Shown here: piece after piece, positions 24,084 to 24,515 of the stretch | How the letters are laid out: each line of letters opens with the position of its first letter | Numbering within the stretch: the first letter of the stretch is position 1 | Source of the DNA: Promethearchaeota archaeon | Lineage (GTDB): Archaea > Asgardarchaeota > Lokiarchaeia > Sigyniarchaeales > SOKP01 | Assembly (NCBI GenBank): GCA_048941285.1 | Contig: JBHLNS010000047.1 | Span: 1-24,515 of the forward strand | Direction: 5' to 3' | DNA length: 24,515 bases | Notes under the pieces: model-generated | Database searches by the model: none | Told to the model about the DNA's origin: nothing | Seen by the model: the letters and a program-made list of their open reading frames with translations, nothing else | Program-made: the position numbers and the translations under genes

Positions 24084-24515
24084 TTTATTTATAATTATAA
24101 GAGATTATATATATTTATAAACTTTTTGGTTGGAATCTAAACATTTCTGTAGAATTCACTTATTTTATCTGAACTATAATATAGTAATTAAATATTATCA
24201 TGAACATTATTATAATAGAACAATATTTTTTGTTTGTGGGATTAAAAAATATTATAAAATAAAATTATATAACTGAACAAATAAATAAAATACCCACGAT
24301 ATCTGATAATATTTCAATGAGATTTAAAATAAAATTTTTTTCTAGAACCTCAAATTCCATAGACATAATTAAATAAAATATATTTTAGATGAGCTACAAC
24401 AAAACTATATTAAAAATTTAAGATTTCTAAAGTAATATGTATTATAAAACCTTTAAATATCTAAAATTTTTTGAGGTACTTATAAAATACCTTATAATCC
24501 AATCTTTTCAATTAA

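Noticed and set aside
24090-24515. Very AT-rich non-coding end as a possible origin, CRISPR leader or element boundary
   Set aside because: No ORB boxes, repeat-spacer array, tRNA or terminal repeats are visible, and the context beyond the window is unknown.

Overview
AT-rich archaeal chromosomal window, most likely Asgard (Lokiarchaeia/Promethearchaeota-like). This is inferred from the archaeal-type uS10, a longin-domain protein, a stand-alone RING finger, a Bud23-like methyltransferase and GGTGA/GGAGGT ribosome-binding sites. Most genes are housekeeping or metabolic: IMPase/FBPase, bactofilin-like protein, rps10, radical SAM, receiver protein, rhomboid, nucleotide-sugar dehydrogenase, permease, gdhA, nfnA plus an F420-module/nfnB fusion, guaA and pepF. 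The most striking feature is absent from the ORF track. The apparent intergenic gap at 8680-9440 holds two tandem paralogous minus-strand mini-genes (51 and 45 aa). Each has one in-frame TGA at the same aligned motif ([C/S]-T-[G/S]-UGA-G, with CxxU in one copy), and coding conservation continues past the TGA. Each gene is followed directly by the same covarying three-way-junction RNA structure. Together these are a candidate new selenoprotein family with a candidate new type of SECIS/UGA-recoding element. Other points of note: rps10 starting at an AUA codon, an FqoF/FrhB-NfnB fusion, a C/D box sRNA, a Not4-type C4C4 RING protein, and a shared GGGAAT-NN-ATTCCC operator upstream of a small wHTH gene and of nfnA. 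All family calls are from motif recognition by eye; no database searches were run.
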